Source of the DNA: Patescibacteria group bacterium | Lineage (GTDB): Bacteria > Patescibacteriota > Saccharimonadia > UBA4664 | DNA length: 64,000 nucleotides | Direction of reading: 5' to 3' | NCBI GenBank assembly: GCA_028288925.1 | Contig: JAQGHG010000010.1 | Coordinates: forward strand, 8,057 to 72,056 | Part shown: positions 39,549-48,653 of the stretch, piece after piece | How the letters are laid out: each line of letters begins with the position of its first letter | Position numbering within the stretch: the stretch's first letter is position 1 | Translations under genes and position numbers: made by a program | Notes under the pieces: generated by a model | Told to the model about the DNA's origin: nothing | The model's input: only the letters and a program-made list of their open reading frames with translations | Databases searched by the model: none

Positions 39549-40532
39549 TTATTTGCGCTTGATGAGCTCTTGGGCCTTGGCGGTGATATGCGGCGCGGTG
39601 AGGCCGAAGTGCTCCATGAGCTCGGCCGGGGTGCCGGATTCGCCGAAGTGGTCGAGCAGACCGATGCGGCTCATGGGGACGGGGTGATGGTCGGCCAGGG
39701 TCTCGGCCACGGCGCCACCGAGGCCGCCGGCGACCTGGGCTTCTTCGGCCGTCAGGACGGCGCCGGTCTTCTTGGCGCTGGCTACGATGGTGATAGTGTC
39801 GAGCGGCTTGACGACGGCCGCGTTGATGACCTCGGCTTCGATGCCTTGCTTGGACAGCGCTTCGGCGGCCACGAGCGCCTGGTACACCAGCGCGCCGCAC
39901 GCCACGATGGTGAGATCTGTGCCGGCGCGCAGCACTTGGGCCTTGGAGAGCGAGAATGGTGACTTGTCGGTGGTAATAACGGGTGATTTTTCGCGAGCCA
40001 AGCGCAGGTAGGCCGGGCCTTTGTGGCTAGCTAGCACTATGGTGGCTTTAGCCGCCTCGACGGCGTCGGCCGGCACTACCACCGTCATGTTGGGCAGCAC
40101 GCGCATGAGCGCGATGTCTTCGAGCATCTGGTGGGTGGCGCCGTCGGGCCCCACCGAGACGCCGGCGTGCGAGCCGACGATCTTGACGTTGGTCTGGTTG
40201 AGGCAGATGGTAGTGCGGATTTGTTCCCAGTTGCGGCCGGGCGAGAAAGCAGCGTAGCTAGAGACGAACGGCGTCTTCCCGGCCAGGGCCATGCCGGCGG
40301 CGACGGTCACGAGGTTTTGCTCGGCGATGCCGACTTCTACGAAGCGCTCGGGGTAGCTCTTGGCGAAATCATCCATCTTGGTGCTGATGGTGAGGTCGGC
40401 GCAGAGGGCCACAATGTCTTTGTCCTTGTGGGCGGCTTCAAGCAAACCGCGACCGAAGCCCATGCGGTTGGCTTCTTGTTTGACTTCCGGGCTGAGAAGA
40501 TCCGGGGCGAGATGTTGTTGCGGGTCGATCAT
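39549..40532 (-). CDS. transketolase, C-terminal subunit (pyrimidine-binding + C-terminal domains)
   Basis: Split-transketolase C half (FGRGLLEAAHKD..., EDIALMRVLPNM...). Confidence 0.9.
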   Translation of the reverse strand: MIDPQQHLAPDLLSPEVKQEANRMGFGRGLLEAAHKDKDIVALCADLTISTKMDDFAKSYPERFVEVGIAEQNLVTVAAGMALAGKTPFVSSYAAFSPGRNWEQIRTTICLNQTNVKIVGSHAGVSVGPDGATHQMLEDIALMRVLPNMTVVVPADAVEAAKATIVLASHKGPAYLRLAREKSPVITTDKSPFSLSKAQVLRAGTDLTIVACGALVYQALVAAEALSKQGIEAEVINAAVVKPLDTITIVASAKKTGAVLTAEEAQVAGGLGGAVAETLADHHPVPMSRIGLLDHFGESGTPAELMEHFGLTAPHITAKAQELIKRK

Positions 40533-40572
40533 GATCTTATGATACGGTTCTCGGGCCGAAAAGACAAAATAG

Positions 40573-40986
40573 TTATGCTCTGTCGCTAGCAGAGGAGGCT
40601 GTGCGGGTACGAAGAACCTGCTTGATGTGGCGCAAATCGGTCCGGACTATGGCGCTGTCCCCCTCTAGGCGGTCGAGACGGTCTTCGATGTGATCAAAAT
40701 GATCATCCACCGCCTGCATAGCAGGATTAAAGTTCTCGTCTATAAAACTCTGGAATTGCTCTAGCACCTGATTGGTGCTTTCTTGGATCATGTGTCTCGT
40801 ATGACCGCGCTCTACTTGAAACATCTGCTCGGTGTGTTGGCGCTCAGCACGGAGCAGTTGCCCGGTGTGTTGGCGTTCTAATTGGAGCATTTGTGCGGTG
40901 TGCTCACGTTCCGCAATGAAACGTTCATCGAGGCCCTCATCAATCACTTTTTTGATATCTTCGAGCGTGAAATCGACCGTCGGCAT
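40573..40986 (-). CDS. coiled-coil tandem-repeat protein, paralog family A (N-terminus MPTVDFTLEDIKK)
   Basis: Shares its N-terminus with 7052..7522; three 11-aa repeats (ERQHTGQLLRA/ERQHTEQMFQV/ERGHTRHMIQE); inserted between the two transketolase genes. Confidence 0.65.
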   Translation of the reverse strand: MPTVDFTLEDIKKVIDEGLDERFIAEREHTAQMLQLERQHTGQLLRAERQHTEQMFQVERGHTRHMIQESTNQVLEQFQSFIDENFNPAMQAVDDHFDHIEDRLDRLEGDSAIVRTDLRHIKQVLRTRTASSASDRA

Positions 40987-41037
40987 AGAGGACCCCCTTA
41001 TTCATTCCCAGTATATTGCTCACCTTCGCACTTATAC

Positions 41038-41053
41038 TACCGAACAAAAACCG
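41038..41053 (-). promoter_or_regulatory. conserved promoter-proximal element TACCGAACAAAAACCG (gene orientation CGGTTTTTGTTCGGTA)
   Basis: 15 of 16 nt identical to 7574..7589, at a similar distance from the start codon. Confidence 0.45.
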
Positions 41054-41090
41054 ATACTACAATCTTTTTTATGAAGCCGAGGCCGGGGCT

Positions 41091-41954
41091 TTATTCGTGC
41101 TCGGAGCGGATTTGGCCGCCGAGGGTGCGGAGCTCGTGCAGGGCGATGCGGGCTTGATCGGCGGCGGGCGGCGCGCCGGGCACATTGGCAAAGTAGCCGT
41201 GCCAGTGGTAATCGTATTGCATGTAATCGACGCCTTTGCCGGGGATGGTGTGGGCGATGATGACGGTGGGACGCTCGACAATGGCCTTGGCCAGATTGCA
41301 GGCGCTAATGATGGCGTCCATGTTGTGGCCGTCGATCTCGATGACGTGCCAGCCGAAGGCGGCGAACTTTTGCGCCACGTCGCCCAGGGGCATGACGCGC
41401 TCGGTGGGGCCGTCGATCTGGATGTTGTTGCGGTCGACGATTACTGTGAGGTTAGTGAGCTTCTTGGCGGCAGCGAACATGGCGCCTTCCCAGATATTGC
41501 CTTCGTCGAGCTCGCCGTCGCCGGTGATGCAATAGACGCGGCCGCGAGAGCCGTCCATACGCAAAGCCAGGGCCATGCCGGCGGCCTGGCTGAGGCCCGA
41601 GCCGAGCGGGCCGGAGGTGGTTTCGAGGCCGGGCAGGCGCACCCGCTCGGGATGGCCCTGGAGGCGCGAGCCAAATTTGCGCAAGGTTTTGAGCTCGCTC
41701 ACCGGAAAGTAGCCGGCGCGGGCCATGGTGGCGTAGCGCACAGGCACGGTGTGGCCGTTTGAGAGCACCAGGCGGTCACGGCCGGGCCACTCCGGCTGCT
41801 TGGGCCGGTGCTCCATGACCTCGAAGTAGAGGGCGGTAAAGATATCGGCTAGGCCAAGCGGACCGGCGCTGTGACCGCTCCCCGCTTCCACCAGCATCTT
41901 GATGATGTCTTCGCGGATTTCGTTGGCTTGGAGTTCTAATTGCTTGTGCGTCAT
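41091..41954 (-). CDS. transketolase, N-terminal subunit (thiamine-diphosphate-binding)
   Basis: SGHSAGPLGLADIF, GDGELDEG motifs. Start set at ATG 41954 (MTHKQLELQ); the upstream Ser/Pro-rich extension is rejected. Confidence 0.9.
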   Translation of the reverse strand: MTHKQLELQANEIREDIIKMLVEAGSGHSAGPLGLADIFTALYFEVMEHRPKQPEWPGRDRLVLSNGHTVPVRYATMARAGYFPVSELKTLRKFGSRLQGHPERVRLPGLETTSGPLGSGLSQAAGMALALRMDGSRGRVYCITGDGELDEGNIWEGAMFAAAKKLTNLTVIVDRNNIQIDGPTERVMPLGDVAQKFAAFGWHVIEIDGHNMDAIISACNLAKAIVERPTVIIAHTIPGKGVDYMQYDYHWHGYFANVPGAPPAADQARIALHELRTLGGQIRSEHE

Positions 41955-42003
41955 ACCATAAGCATAATCATAAATTACGATTTTGGCGATGGGGTTCGCG
42001 GGG

Positions 42004-42663
42004 TTAGCTCGTACCTTCGGCGATGGCCTGGACGGCGATGTAGGCGATTTCGGGATCCTCGGCGTCGTGGATGAAGCTGCCGACATCTAGCAGGTTGGCG
42101 CCGGCTTCGATGGCTTGGCGGGCGGTCACTTGGTTGAGGCCGCCGTCGACGGCTATCTCGAGGTCGGGACTGATGGCGCGGGCCTGGGCGATCTTCTCCA
42201 GGCAGTCGGCGCGGAATTCGCCGCCGTTGTGGCCGAGCTTGCCGGTAAAGACCACTAAATGATCGATGGTGGGCAGGATGTCGCGGACTTGCTCGATGGT
42301 AGTCTCGACATTCACCGCCAAACCGACCTTGATGTCGACAGACCGGAGTTCCTTGGCAAAGGCTTGATGGTCGAACGGCGCCTCGAAGTGAGTGATGACG
42401 AGTTCGGGCTGCAGCGCGCAGATATCTTCGAAGTGGCCTTCGGGATGGTTCATCATGAGGTGGAGATCGAACGGCACGCCGTCGATGTCGTAGATTTGGC
42501 TGAGGCCGACGGTTTTGACGTCGGTGAAGACGCCGTCGCCCACATCGATGTGCAGGCGCGTCGCGAAGGGTTTGACGTTGTTGATGCGGCGGGCGTAGTC
42601 CTCGGGCGTGGTGGCGTTGATGGTGGGTGCGACACTAGCCATAGAGCTGCTCGATTTGATCAA
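42004..42663 (-). CDS. rpe: ribulose-phosphate 3-epimerase
   Basis: ATRLHIDVGDGVF...DLHLMMNHPE...VDGGLN; true start may be the internal ATG 42642. Confidence 0.8.
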   Translation of the reverse strand: MIKSSSSMASVAPTINATTPEDYARRINNVKPFATRLHIDVGDGVFTDVKTVGLSQIYDIDGVPFDLHLMMNHPEGHFEDICALQPELVITHFEAPFDHQAFAKELRSVDIKVGLAVNVETTIEQVRDILPTIDHLVVFTGKLGHNGGEFRADCLEKIAQARAISPDLEIAVDGGLNQVTARQAIEAGANLLDVGSFIHDAEDPEIAYIAVQAIAEGTS

Positions 42664-43078
42664 GGCGGTGCTGATATTTGGGACTTTTGGAAAATTCGGT
42701 GGCCAGCCAGGCGTCGGCGGCCTTGATACAGTCTTCTTGTTTGGTGTAGAGAGGCGCTAGTACGAGCACGTTGACGTCATCGTCGCGGCGCGCGTGAGCC
42801 GCCACTTCTTCGTTCCAGGCGATGGCGGCGCGGATGCCACCGATGCGATTGGCAGCGATGGCCATCCCCTGCCCCGATTTGCACATGAGGATGCCGAGGC
42901 TGTCGTCTTCGCCCAGGACTTTGCTGGCTACAGCGAAGGCGTATTGGGGGTAATTGTCGAGGGGATCGTAGGTGTGGGCGCCGAGATCTTCGATATCGTG
43001 CCCAGCTTGGGCAAGATGCTCTTTTAGGACCTTTTTGAGTTCGTAGCCGCCATGATCGGCGCCCAAATAGATTTTCAT
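42635..43078 (-). CDS. rpiB: ribose-5-phosphate isomerase B
   Basis: MKIYLGADHGGYELK...GILMCKSGQGMAIAANR RpiB/LacAB signature. Confidence 0.9.
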   Translation of the reverse strand: MKIYLGADHGGYELKKVLKEHLAQAGHDIEDLGAHTYDPLDNYPQYAFAVASKVLGEDDSLGILMCKSGQGMAIAANRIGGIRAAIAWNEEVAAHARRDDDVNVLVLAPLYTKQEDCIKAADAWLATEFSKSPKYQHRLDQIEQLYG

Positions 43079-43207
43079 TGGTTGGCTTTTTTTACTACAT
43101 TCACCTTATAGGCTGGCTTTTGTTCCCGCAAGTTTGGCCCGGGCGGGTAGGTGCCCTCACATCGAGTAGTATCAACATACGAGTACCTATGCTAATGAGG
43201 AGCTCCC

Positions 43208-43546
43208 ATGCGCCGGCCATCCCGTTTCCCGCAACCGCTAGATACGAAGCAATTCTATATTTTGCTAGCGTTGAGCCTAGAACCAATGCATGGCTACGCG
43301 GTTCACGAGCAAATCCTAACAGATACTAAGGGAACGTTTTATTTTTACCCGGCCTCGCTCTACCGGCTCCTGGTGGAATTGAGCAAGCAGGGGCTAGTGG
43401 AAGTGGTGCGCCAAGAGCGCGGTCTAGGCGGCGTAGGGGCTACCCGGACGGTTTATCGCCTTACCGGGCAGGGTCGTCGCATGCTCAAATCCGAGGGCGT
43501 CCAATGGCAAGACGCCGGACGCCTAGCGGCCCGCAGAGTACCTTAG
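43208..43546 (+). CDS. PadR-family transcriptional regulator
   Basis: YILLALSLEPMHGYAV...ASLYRLLVELSKQGLVE winged HTH. Confidence 0.8.
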   Translation: MRRPSRFPQPLDTKQFYILLALSLEPMHGYAVHEQILTDTKGTFYFYPASLYRLLVELSKQGLVEVVRQERGLGGVGATRTVYRLTGQGRRMLKSEGVQWQDAGRLAARRVP

Positions 43547-44553
43547 GCGATAGTCTTGCCGACGTTGATGACCTGCTCGACGAGGCGGTTGGAGTAGCCC
43601 CATTCGTTGTCGTACCAGGCCACAACCTTGAGCAGGTTGCCGCCGACGACATTGGTGAGCGCCAGGTCGACGATGCCGGAGTGCGGGTTGCCGATGAAGT
43701 CGGAGCTGACGAGCGGCTCGCTGGTCACATCTAGCACGCCCTGGAACCGAGGCTCTTTGGTGGCGGCCACGAGGGCTTTGTTGACCTCTTCGATGGTGAC
43801 GTCCTTGCTGGTGACGAACGTAAAGTCGGACAGCGACACCACGGGCGTAGGTACGCGCACGCTCAGGCCGTCGAACTTGCCTTTGAGCGCCGGGAAGGCC
43901 TTGGCCGCGGCGGTGGCAGCGCCGGTGCTGGTGGGTACGATGTTTTCGGCGGCGTTGCGGCCTTCGCGCACGTCCTTGGAGGGCGCGTCTTGCAGGGCTT
44001 GGCTGGCGGTGTAGCTGTGGATGGTGGTCATCATGGCCTTTTCGATGCCGAATTTCTCCTCGATGACGACCGCCACGGGCGTGATGCAGTTGGTGGTGCA
44101 GGAGGCATTGGAGATGACGGTGTCGCCGGGCGTGAGGTCGTGCTCGTTGACGCCGATCACGAAGGTGCCGGCGCCTTCGCCCTTGGCCGGGCCGGAGATT
44201 ACCACCCGCTGCGCCCCGGCGGTGAGGTGTTTGCTGGCGTCTTCGTATTTGGTGAAGCGGCCGGTGGATTCGATGACGATATCAATGCCAAGATCTTTCC
44301 AGGGCAGGAGGGCCGGGTCTTTTTCGGCTGTCACTTGGATTTTGTGACCGTCTACAATGATGTGCTGGTCGTCGTGCCCGACCTCTTCGTGATAGGTGCC
44401 GTAATTGGAATCGTGCTTGAGGAGATAGGCCAGTGTATCGGTGCTGGTGAGGTCGTTGACGGCCACGACCTCGAGTCCGGGGTGGTTCATAGCGATCTTG
44501 AAGGCATTGCGCCCGATCCGTCCAAAGCCGTTGATAGCGATTTTGTAACTCAT
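43543..44553 (-). CDS. gap: glyceraldehyde-3-phosphate dehydrogenase, type I
   Basis: INGFGRIGR, SNASCTTNC active site. Confidence 0.95.
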   Translation of the reverse strand: MSYKIAINGFGRIGRNAFKIAMNHPGLEVVAVNDLTSTDTLAYLLKHDSNYGTYHEEVGHDDQHIIVDGHKIQVTAEKDPALLPWKDLGIDIVIESTGRFTKYEDASKHLTAGAQRVVISGPAKGEGAGTFVIGVNEHDLTPGDTVISNASCTTNCITPVAVVIEEKFGIEKAMMTTIHSYTASQALQDAPSKDVREGRNAAENIVPTSTGAATAAAKAFPALKGKFDGLSVRVPTPVVSLSDFTFVTSKDVTIEEVNKALVAATKEPRFQGVLDVTSEPLVSSDFIGNPHSGIVDLALTNVVGGNLLKVVAWYDNEWGYSNRLVEQVINVGKTIA

Positions 44554-44720
44554 GTGTTGGTTTTGCCTTATTATTCTTTATTACCATATAAGCTCAGGCG
44601 GTTTCGGGCAAGGGGTACAAACGTGACGCAACCCCGACCACCCAGCGCAGAGCGCGGGACAGTCAGGGTCTGGGCGGATGGGGACGGTTCGCTCGGCGGG
44701 GAGCCGAGCAACGGGTGCCG

Positions 44721-44876
44721 TTAAGCACCGAGATGGTTGACGAACTGCGCTAGCGATGTACCGGCTACAGCCAGCGCCCTGAAGGCGTTGTTGACCACGC
44801 CGGCCGCGTTCGTCGGTTGGCTGAGCAGGTAGAAGATTACGAAGGCGAGAGCCACGTAGCGAAGGTTCTTCTTCAT
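44721..44876 (-). CDS. small exported peptide (51 aa; MKKNLRYVALAFVIFYLLSQPTNAAGVV...)
   Basis: Strong GGAGAGGAGG RBS 8 nt upstream of the ATG; signal-peptide-like N-terminus; under 60 aa so absent from the ORF track. Confidence 0.5.
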   Translation of the reverse strand: MKKNLRYVALAFVIFYLLSQPTNAAGVVNNAFRALAVAGTSLAQFVNHLGA

Positions 44877-44956
44877 CGGTTTTCCTCCTCTCCGAGAGGC
44901 GATGCCCTGGATGCCGTATTATTACTATCCTATATATTCGATATAAAAGCAAGACT

Positions 44957-45469
44957 CTAACGAGCGGCCGGCTCACCATTTTGGAGGTATATCGTGGTAT
45001 CGTGATCGTAGGCTTCGAGCATCTGGCGGAAGCGGTCTTTGAGGCGGTCGGAGATAAGTTCTTGGGCTTGCTGGCGGGTGGCCCAGCGGTGGTCGGAGAT
45101 CTCGTACTCTTCGAGCTTGAGCTCGCGCTCTTGCCGGCGGTCGACATGCGCCGCGAAGGTAAATACGAGGTTGCCGTTGGGGGTGCGGCGGCGGAAGAAG
45201 TCGACGCCGAGGAGGCGGAAACCGGTGGGCGCGAGGCCGACTTCTTCCGCTACCTCGCGCTTGGCAGCTTCTAGTGGCGACTCAGCGTCGTCGGTGGTGC
45301 CCACGGGGTATTCCCAATCCCCCCGCCAGCGGTGCTTGATGAGCAGAATGCGTCCGTCTTCGTTAAAGATAATGGCGCCGGCCGCCACCCACTTGGAGCC
45401 GTGGAGCAGAACCCAGAGATTGCGGTAACGGTAGCGGGAAAAGTATTTAAGCCTTCTTATAAGCTGCAA
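44957..45469 (-). CDS. NUDIX hydrolase
   Basis: Nudix box GTTDDAESPLEAAKREVAEEVGL. Confidence 0.85.
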   Translation of the reverse strand: MQLIRRLKYFSRYRYRNLWVLLHGSKWVAAGAIIFNEDGRILLIKHRWRGDWEYPVGTTDDAESPLEAAKREVAEEVGLAPTGFRLLGVDFFRRRTPNGNLVFTFAAHVDRRQERELKLEEYEISDHRWATRQQAQELISDRLKDRFRQMLEAYDHDTTIYLQNGEPAAR

Positions 45470-45971
45470 TTGACTCTTCTATGACTTTCCGGGCGGCGGC
45501 GGCATCGCCCCAGCCGTTAAAGCTGACGTCGGCGCCTTTCCAGCCCTTCTTCCAATCTTTGTAGTGCGAGTAGAAGTGGGTGACGACTTTTTGGAAGTTT
45601 TCGCCGAGGTCGGCGAGGTCTTTGATGTGGTCTTTGCTGACGTCGTCCACGGGTACACAAACGAGCTTTTCGTCGCGCTCGCCGTCGTCGATCATGTAGA
45701 GCACGCCGATGGCGCGGCTCGGGACTACCACGCCGTGCGGCACGGATTCATCGATCACCAGCAGCGCGTCGAGCGGGTCGCCGTCTTCGCAGAGCGTCTC
45801 GGGCAAGTAGCCGTAATCGGCCGGATAGCCCAGCATGGTGCCGTTGACGCGGTCGAGGAAGAGCGCGCCGGAGGCTTTGTCGACTTCGTATTTGTTGCGC
45901 TCGCCGCGGCGAATCTCGATAACGACATTAACAACTTCGGGGGCGTCTTTGCCCAAAGGGATGGTATTCAC
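45447..45971 (-). CDS. ppa: inorganic pyrophosphatase (family I)
   Basis: GTG start; DPLDALL, MIDDGERDEKL motifs. Confidence 0.9.
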   Translation of the reverse strand: MNTIPLGKDAPEVVNVVIEIRRGERNKYEVDKASGALFLDRVNGTMLGYPADYGYLPETLCEDGDPLDALLVIDESVPHGVVVPSRAIGVLYMIDDGERDEKLVCVPVDDVSKDHIKDLADLGENFQKVVTHFYSHYKDWKKGWKGADVSFNGWGDAAAARKVIEESIAAYKKA

Positions 45972-46147
45972 GGAAATCTCCAGGATTTATTGGTTGGGGC
46001 TATTGTACCACGGCCGGGCTGGCCGGCTGACCTTGGGCGTTTTGATGAACCCCCTTGCTGCCATGGCGGAAGTATTGGAAGAACAACCATTACGGCAAGC
46101 GTGGCGTGGCGCTATTCTGGGTAAGCAATTAAGTGAGGAGTAACACT

Positions 46148-46411
46148 ATGCTTTGGACTATTATTACTTGGATCGTCTTGGGCGCGCTGGCCGGCTGGAT
46201 CGCCTCGATGATTACCGGCACGGAGGCGCGAGTAAACGGCTGGATGAACGTCGTGGTCGGTGTGATCGGCGCGTTTGTCGGAGGTTTGGTGCTACAGCTA
46301 CTGGGAGCGGGAACACCGAGCGGGTTTAACTTGGCCAGCCTGCTCACGGCCATCTTGGGCGCCGTGATCTTGCTCTCGCTGGTGCGGGCGTTCCGCCGCG
46401 ACACTCTGTAG
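46148..46411 (+). CDS. GlsB/YeaQ/YmgE-family stress-response membrane protein
   Basis: GAGGAG RBS; WIVLGALAGWIA...GVIGAFVGGLVLQLLG. Confidence 0.7.
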   Translation: MLWTIITWIVLGALAGWIASMITGTEARVNGWMNVVVGVIGAFVGGLVLQLLGAGTPSGFNLASLLTAILGAVILLSLVRAFRRDTL

Positions 46412-46474
46412 CGCTGGTCGCACGCCACGATAAAATAACCTGCCATTGGGCAGGTTATTTTGTATATCCCGGTG

Positions 46475-46726
46475 CTACGCGAGCTTGAGTTCTTTTACCA
46501 ATTGGGGCTGGTTAAAGCCGAGGATGCCGACTTTGCTGTCATCGTCGTGGGTGATGACGGTAAACGGCACGCCCATTTGGCCGGACATCTTCATCATCTC
46601 TTCGGCGGCTTTGGGATCGGTTTCGACGTTGAGGTCCTGATACGGTACGCCTTTTTCGTCGAGGAATCGTTTTTCGGCCCGGCAAAAGCCGCACCAGCTA
46701 GTGGAATAGATTGTTACTTTTGGCAT
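46475..46726 (-). CDS. glutaredoxin-like protein (CxxC = CGFC), NrdH/Grx family
   Basis: Perfect AAGGAG RBS; KVTIYSTSWCGFCRAEKRFLDEKGVPY. Confidence 0.8.
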   Translation of the reverse strand: MPKVTIYSTSWCGFCRAEKRFLDEKGVPYQDLNVETDPKAAEEMMKMSGQMGVPFTVITHDDDSKVGILGFNQPQLVKELKLA

Positions 46727-46772
46727 AGGTATCTCCTTACCTCTACTATACCAAGTATAGCAAGCGTACGTC

Positions 46773-47408
46773 TTATGGCGTGGAGGGACCGGTGGCGTCA
46801 CCGAGCACCTGGCCGGCGGGCGGGGTGGGGACCGGAAGCGGAGAAGGGGCGGGAAGCCCGACGTTTGGCGTAGGCACGGGCGCGTCAGGTAGAACTATGG
46901 GCAGCGGTAGGGGCGATGGTACCGGGAGCGCATTTGAAACCACCGGAGGAATAAGTGGCGCGGGTTTGAGCGCGGGGCGGTTGGCCACGGGCCGCCGCGG
47001 CCGCAAGGCTGGTTTTAGCGGGGCCGCTGCTACCGTGGTACTGCCCTCGGCTGAAGGCGCCGGCGCCGGGGATAGCGTGGGGCTGGGTGGGTTGAGGCTG
47101 CGCACAACGGTGGACGAGGCGGGCGCGGGAGCGACAGACCACGGCGGCCGCCAGAGGTGCGCCACCGCCCGGCCGCCCGCGAATAGCAACGCCATGACCC
47201 CGCCCACGATGAGAATAATGACGGCCCTGGGCATGTGACGGCGCAGGAACTCTTGGCGGAGCTTGATAGCACTGGTGATTTTTTGCAGGTCGTGAGGCGC
47301 CAGATAGCGCCGGAGCTGGTCCATGGGCACGCGCAACCGGCGACCGTCAGTAAACGAAAGTAACACGGTTTGGTCTGTCTCGATGCTATAGTTTGCTAAT
47401 TCGCTCAT
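46773..47408 (-). CDS. hypothetical single-TM protein with long Pro/Ala/Ser-rich extracytoplasmic tail
   Basis: N-terminal ~60-aa cytoplasmic domain, one TM, low-complexity C-terminus. Confidence 0.5.
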   Translation of the reverse strand: MSELANYSIETDQTVLLSFTDGRRLRVPMDQLRRYLAPHDLQKITSAIKLRQEFLRRHMPRAVIILIVGGVMALLFAGGRAVAHLWRPPWSVAPAPASSTVVRSLNPPSPTLSPAPAPSAEGSTTVAAAPLKPALRPRRPVANRPALKPAPLIPPVVSNALPVPSPLPLPIVLPDAPVPTPNVGLPAPSPLPVPTPPAGQVLGDATGPSTP

Positions 47409-47469
47409 ACCAATATGTTACCACTTACGTTTTCGGGGATAATTTGGAGATAATCACAACTTTTGAGCC

Positions 47470-47634
47470 TTAATTGGAGATTTTATAGGCTAACCAGAGC
47501 CCAATGAACCCACCGGCCATGCTTAGCACAATCCCCCACCCCGAGAGGTCATTGCCGCCCCAAAGTCCGGGCAGCAGGCCACCGATGGTGCCGCCGATAC
47601 CGGCGAACAGGAGGTAGAGGCCGCGTTTGTTCAC
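47470..47634 (-). CDS. small GlsB/YmgE-like membrane protein (54 aa; VNKRGLYLLFAGIGGTIGGLLPGLWGG...)
   Basis: GTG start 5 nt after the dehydrogenase stop; GxxGG glycine-zipper similarity to 46148..46411; under 60 aa. Confidence 0.35.
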   Translation of the reverse strand: MNKRGLYLLFAGIGGTIGGLLPGLWGGNDLSGWGIVLSMAGGFIGLWLAYKISN

Positions 47635-47636
47635 CG

Positions 47637-48653
47637 CTATGACACCAGGTTTTCGGGCTTGCCGGCGGTAAATGCCAGGATGTTTGCCACGGATGTACCG
47701 CGAATGCGGCCCAAGGCTTCGGCGCTGTTGTAGGCGTTGTGGCTGGTAACGAGCACATTTGGCATCTTGGTTAGAGTGTCGATACCAAGGACGGCCCGGG
47801 CCGGCTCGTCGATATGATGCCCCTGAAGCAGCTGGATTTCGGAGGAGATCTGGAGAAATTCTTCGCCTTCCACCACATCGAGCCCGGCTCCGCCGACCTG
47901 GCCACTCTCAAGGGCCTCGATGAGCGCCGGCGTGTCGATGAGCTCGCCCCGGGCCGTATTTACAATGAAGGCCCCGGGCTTCATCTGGGCGAATTCCCGA
48001 GCGCCGAGGAGGTGGTGTGTCTCGGGAGTAGCGGGCGCGTGAAGCGTAAGGCAATCGGCTCGCGCGAGTAATTCTTTGAGCGGCAAGTACTCGTAGCCGA
48101 GCTCGCGCGCGGCCGCCTCATTGGGATATGGATCATAGGCCACTACTTTCATTCCGAAACCAAGACCAATGCGCGCGGCATGGCGACCGATCCGGCCGGT
48201 ACCGATAATGCCGAGCGTCTTGCCCGCGAGGTCGTGGCCGGTGAGTTTGGACGGCACGATGTCTCCAAACCGGGTGGCGTGAGCCGTGCGCATAAGCCGG
48301 CGCGAGACCGCCAGCAACAGCAGGAAGCTGTATTCGGCGACGGTGGCCTCGCCGTAGCCCGGCACGGTGGAGACAGTGATCTGGTGCGACTTGGCATAGG
48401 CGAGGTCCACATGGTCGAAGCCCGTACTGCGGCAGGCGATATGACGCAGATCCGGCATTTGCTTCATGGCCCCGGCCGTTACTTGGCTCGAAACATGCAC
48501 CGACAGGATCGTGGCGGAAGCGGCGAGATGGGCCGTGTCGGGTCTGAGGCCTTGGTCGGTAAAGACGAGTTTGTAATCCGAACCGAGCGCCTCCTGGAAA
48601 TGGGCCTGATCGGGCGCGTAGGCGTCGTAGAAGGCTATGGTGGGCTTAGCCAC
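47637..48653 (-). CDS. D-isomer-specific 2-hydroxyacid dehydrogenase (D-lactate / phosphoglycerate dehydrogenase family)
   Basis: GIIGTGRIGRHAARIG NAD-binding motif. Start set at GTG 48653 (VAKPTIAFYDAY); the 33-aa low-complexity extension overlapping galU is rejected. Confidence 0.8.
   Translation of the reverse strand: MAKPTIAFYDAYAPDQAHFQEALGSDYKLVFTDQGLRPDTAHLAASATILSVHVSSQVTAGAMKQMPDLRHIACRSTGFDHVDLAYAKSHQITVSTVPGYGEATVAEYSFLLLLAVSRRLMRTAHATRFGDIVPSKLTGHDLAGKTLGIIGTGRIGRHAARIGLGFGMKVVAYDPYPNEAAARELGYEYLPLKELLARADCLTLHAPATPETHHLLGAREFAQMKPGAFIVNTARGELIDTPALIEALESGQVGGAGLDVVEGEEFLQISSEIQLLQGHHIDEPARAVLGIDTLTKMPNVLVTSHNAYNSAEALGRIRGTSVANILAFTAGKPENLVS

Noticed and set aside
47560-47585. 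AAAGTCCGGGC, resembling the RNase P RNA P4 motif (GGAAAGUCCGGGC)
   Set aside because: It is an isolated match within a 230-bp interval that is far too short for RNase P RNA, and it is better explained by the minus-strand GlsB-like small ORF.
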